A stretch of 28,333 nt of DNA from the IMG/VR virus record IMGVR_UViG_3300025435_000688, positions 1-28,333 of that record. The stretch is one strand, 5' to 3'. Below are positions 26,074 to 28,333 of the stretch, in pieces (position 1 is the stretch's first letter; each line of letters starts with the position of its first letter). Both the position numbers and the translations under genes were made by a program. A model generated the notes under the pieces. It was not told the origin of the DNA. It saw only the letters and a program-made list of their open reading frames with translations, and searched no databases. Origin of the DNA: a virus. Lineage: Duplodnaviria; Caudoviricetes.

Positions 26074-28333
26074 TGTTTTTACGTGAGCTATTAAACGAAA
26101 CCCTAACTAGGACAGGACACGGAAGCACTGCCGTTGTTGGTTGGGGGCGCGGTATGGGACATAAAGGTCATATGTATCTAGCTAGCGCAGTCATACACAA
26201 GGCACAGGAAGTAGGCGGAGATCCCTACTTCGTGGTGAGCAGGACTGTAGGAAAAGATGATCCTATCAATCCGGAAGAGAAGATGGCTATCTATAAGAAG
26301 GTATTTCCAGACAGCAGCCATATATTCCAAACTGCTACAGATGAGATGCCGGACCTAACTCGTGTGCTATCAAATTTAAATCAACAAGGCTATACTAATG
26401 CTATCGTAGTAGTCGGTGCTGATCAAGTTAAGGCTCTCGCATATGTTAAGAACTACAACAACACACCTGACAAGACAGGCAAGATACACTACAAGTTTGA
26501 TAATCTAGAAGTTATCAGCAGGCAAGAAACTAGCGCTCCGGATGCGCAAGAAGAAGGCCCACGTGCTACTCCTATGCGCCAAATACTATTAGATCCAAAT
26601 GCTAGCGAAGAACAAAAATTTGCAGTTTGGCGCGATGCTATGAATCCCGAGATAGACGATGCTCAAGTTATGGATCTAATGCGTAAAGCGGAACAGCGTA
26701 TGAAAGCTATGCCTTCTAAGAAAGTTAAAGAAGGATTGCCTAATAGTAATCCGGAAGATAACCTACAGGCAAGCCAAATAAAAGATATGCTAAACAGAGG
26801 TATGGCTAAGTTAAATCCTCGTGAACAATTTGTGGTTTACAATGTAGCAATTAAAGGTCAGTCTTTTGCTAAGGTTGCTTTGGCTATAGGAAAATCAAAG
26901 CAGATGGCTAGTAATATTTACTATACTGCTATTGATAAACTCCGGAATGATAGATACAAAAATCAAGTGAGACCTACTGAGCTAATGAAGAATGTGGATA
27001 AAACTGATCTAGATTTATTAGAAGGCGTCTTTATGCAAAAGATGAAGAATAACTTCGGTATGGATCAATCTGCTTATGATACTAAGAATCCAGGTACCAG
27101 TCCTGATTACGTAGATAGCAACATCACAGTACAGCTTCTCAAGAATATCGATCGACATGGTGGATATCCAATACAGTTTAAAAACGGAACAGAACTACAC
27201 GTTAGTAGCTCATTATCACAAAAAATATTATTTAAGATACAGGACCTACTACCTAAAGAACGCCACGCTGTTATAAATCATATAATACAGTCTAGTGATA
27301 ACTTTAAAAGTTTTGCACAAGGTCTATCAGAAGCCATGATGCCAAAAAAAAACTTCGCGGGCTCAAGTAAGAACAAGCTAGGTCCTGCAGGTCATCTAAA
27401 AGGTAAAATGAAACGAGCTGCTAAAGCAGGCGATCTTGTTGGTGCTATGGAAGCATTTGATAGTGGTAGTCCGGTAGGTGGCAAACGTGGTAGTGGAGAA
27501 CCACATGCAGGATACGATATGGACGCTATGCGTAAAGCTACTGGCACTATGGAAGATACCGACGATTTTGAAGTACACGGGTACCATCATCTAGACGAGC
27601 TGTTAGCAGAACTCTGCAGGCTGGTAGTAGAAGGTCAAAAGCAAGACCCAGATCGTAACGGTATGGTAGCTGCTGGTATTAAAACTAAATTATATCCGTT
27701 TATGGCTCGTGTAGGATATATGGGCAAGCATGGCCACGTACACGCAGAACGTGCTGTATTAGAAGCATTCACTAGCAAACACGGCGAAGTTCCTGAAGGC
27801 AGCATAATGTTAGTCACACTAAGCCCTTGCAACAGACACGATGATAAAACTGCAAGTGAGCGTGTTGGTGAACCCTGTAGCGAATTAGTAGCAGCGCACG
27901 GTATCGAAAAAGTCTATTGCGGATTAATCGATCCAAGCCAAGCACACGGCGGACACGATCATAGGCATTATACACTAATAGAAACAGAAAATTCTAAGAT
28001 AAGAGATCTCTGCGAACAGTTTGCAAATACTTTTTTGCACGGAAAAGAAAGGCTATATGAATCAACTAGTTTCACAGGAGCATTAAGGAACCAACTAAAC
28101 AGATGGATGGACAAGGACCAAAAATTTAAAGATCCTTCCCAAAGGATACAGTTCCAAGAAGAGATTTGGCCACAGATAGAAAAATATCTAGTTTACATCC
28201 TAGAAGATAGAGGCCCAAAGGGCGACGGCGATTATCCTAGCAGTCCATTTGCTGCTTGGTTACTTGTACAGCATATGGATGCGTTTCCTAATAGGCAACG
28301 TGAGTTTTTAAATGCCTTGGAACAGTATATACC
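26073..28333 (+). CDS. Multidomain polyprotein, 3'-truncated (>753 aa): HxGH nucleotidyltransferase + sigma70 region-4 HTH + unknown modules + Zn deaminase + DUF6624-like
   Basis: Manual translation from the TAATG overlap is stop-free to the window end. WGRGMGHKGH and VVVGADQ; KLNPREQFVV...QSFAKVALAIGKSKQMASNIYYTAIDKLR; HAE...TLSPC-x15-C; AAWLLVQHMD. Confidence 0.85.
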   Translation, partial: MFLRELLNETLTRTGHGSTAVVGWGRGMGHKGHMYLASAVIHKAQEVGGDPYFVVSRTVGKDDPINPEEKMAIYKKVFPDSSHIFQTATDEMPDLTRVLSNLNQQGYTNAIVVVGADQVKALAYVKNYNNTPDKTGKIHYKFDNLEVISRQETSAPDAQEEGPRATPMRQILLDPNASEEQKFAVWRDAMNPEIDDAQVMDLMRKAEQRMKAMPSKKVKEGLPNSNPEDNLQASQIKDMLNRGMAKLNPREQFVVYNVAIKGQSFAKVALAIGKSKQMASNIYYTAIDKLRNDRYKNQVRPTELMKNVDKTDLDLLEGVFMQKMKNNFGMDQSAYDTKNPGTSPDYVDSNITVQLLKNIDRHGGYPIQFKNGTELHVSSSLSQKILFKIQDLLPKERHAVINHIIQSSDNFKSFAQGLSEAMMPKKNFAGSSKNKLGPAGHLKGKMKRAAKAGDLVGAMEAFDSGSPVGGKRGSGEPHAGYDMDAMRKATGTMEDTDDFEVHGYHHLDELLAELCRLVVEGQKQDPDRNGMVAAGIKTKLYPFMARVGYMGKHGHVHAERAVLEAFTSKHGEVPEGSIMLVTLSPCNRHDDKTASERVGEPCSELVAAHGIEKVYCGLIDPSQAHGGHDHRHYTLIETENSKIRDLCEQFANTFLHGKERLYESTSFTGALRNQLNRWMDKDQKFKDPSQRIQFQEEIWPQIEKYLVYILEDRGPKGDGDYPSSPFAAWLLVQHMDAFPNRQREFLNALEQYI

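Noticed and set aside
27344-27353. A9 run / A-AAA-AAC slippery-like site in the polyprotein
   Set aside because: Frame 0 continues into the recognisable deaminase; no frameshift needed and no stimulatory structure noticed.
27396-27832. Two minus-strand ORFs near the right end
   Set aside because: They lie opposite the motif-rich plus-strand polyprotein.
1-28333. CRISPR array, tRNA/rRNA, transposase, DGR repeats
   Set aside because: No spaced repeats or such motifs seen; intergenic gaps are short and explained by promoters and RBSs.

Overview
AT-rich segment of a large T4-like/jumbo myovirus-type phage genome, in the standard genetic code, with almost all genes on +. Left (1-11.6 kb): tail/baseplate module with a giant modular tail-fibre protein (truncated at left), a gp9/gp10-type connector, a pro-domain-less sedolisin (S53) protease, and a 1283-aa Ig-repeat protein carrying YHYH-like and SPRY-like inserts. 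Middle (11.6-24.3 kb): a stand-alone DnaE fragment, GroES-like, MazG-like, radical SAM, RFC/gp44 clamp loader, PhoH (the only credible minus-strand gene), DnaJ, ClpA and hypotheticals. Right (24.3 kb-end): three coupled late genes whose leaders resemble T4 capsid-targeting peptides, namely a membrane-like protein, a KxDG ligase-fold enzyme, and a >753-aa ORF missing from the supplied track. That ORF strings together a HxGH nucleotidyltransferase, a sigma-70 region-4 HTH, unknown modules, a Zn deaminase and a DUF6624-like module, separated by x-x-E junctions resembling prohead-protease sites (candidate virion-packaged effector polyprotein). TAAATA late promoters, sigma70 promoters and hairpins occluding RBS/start codons are visible. 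All family assignments are from motif recognition by eye; no searches were run.
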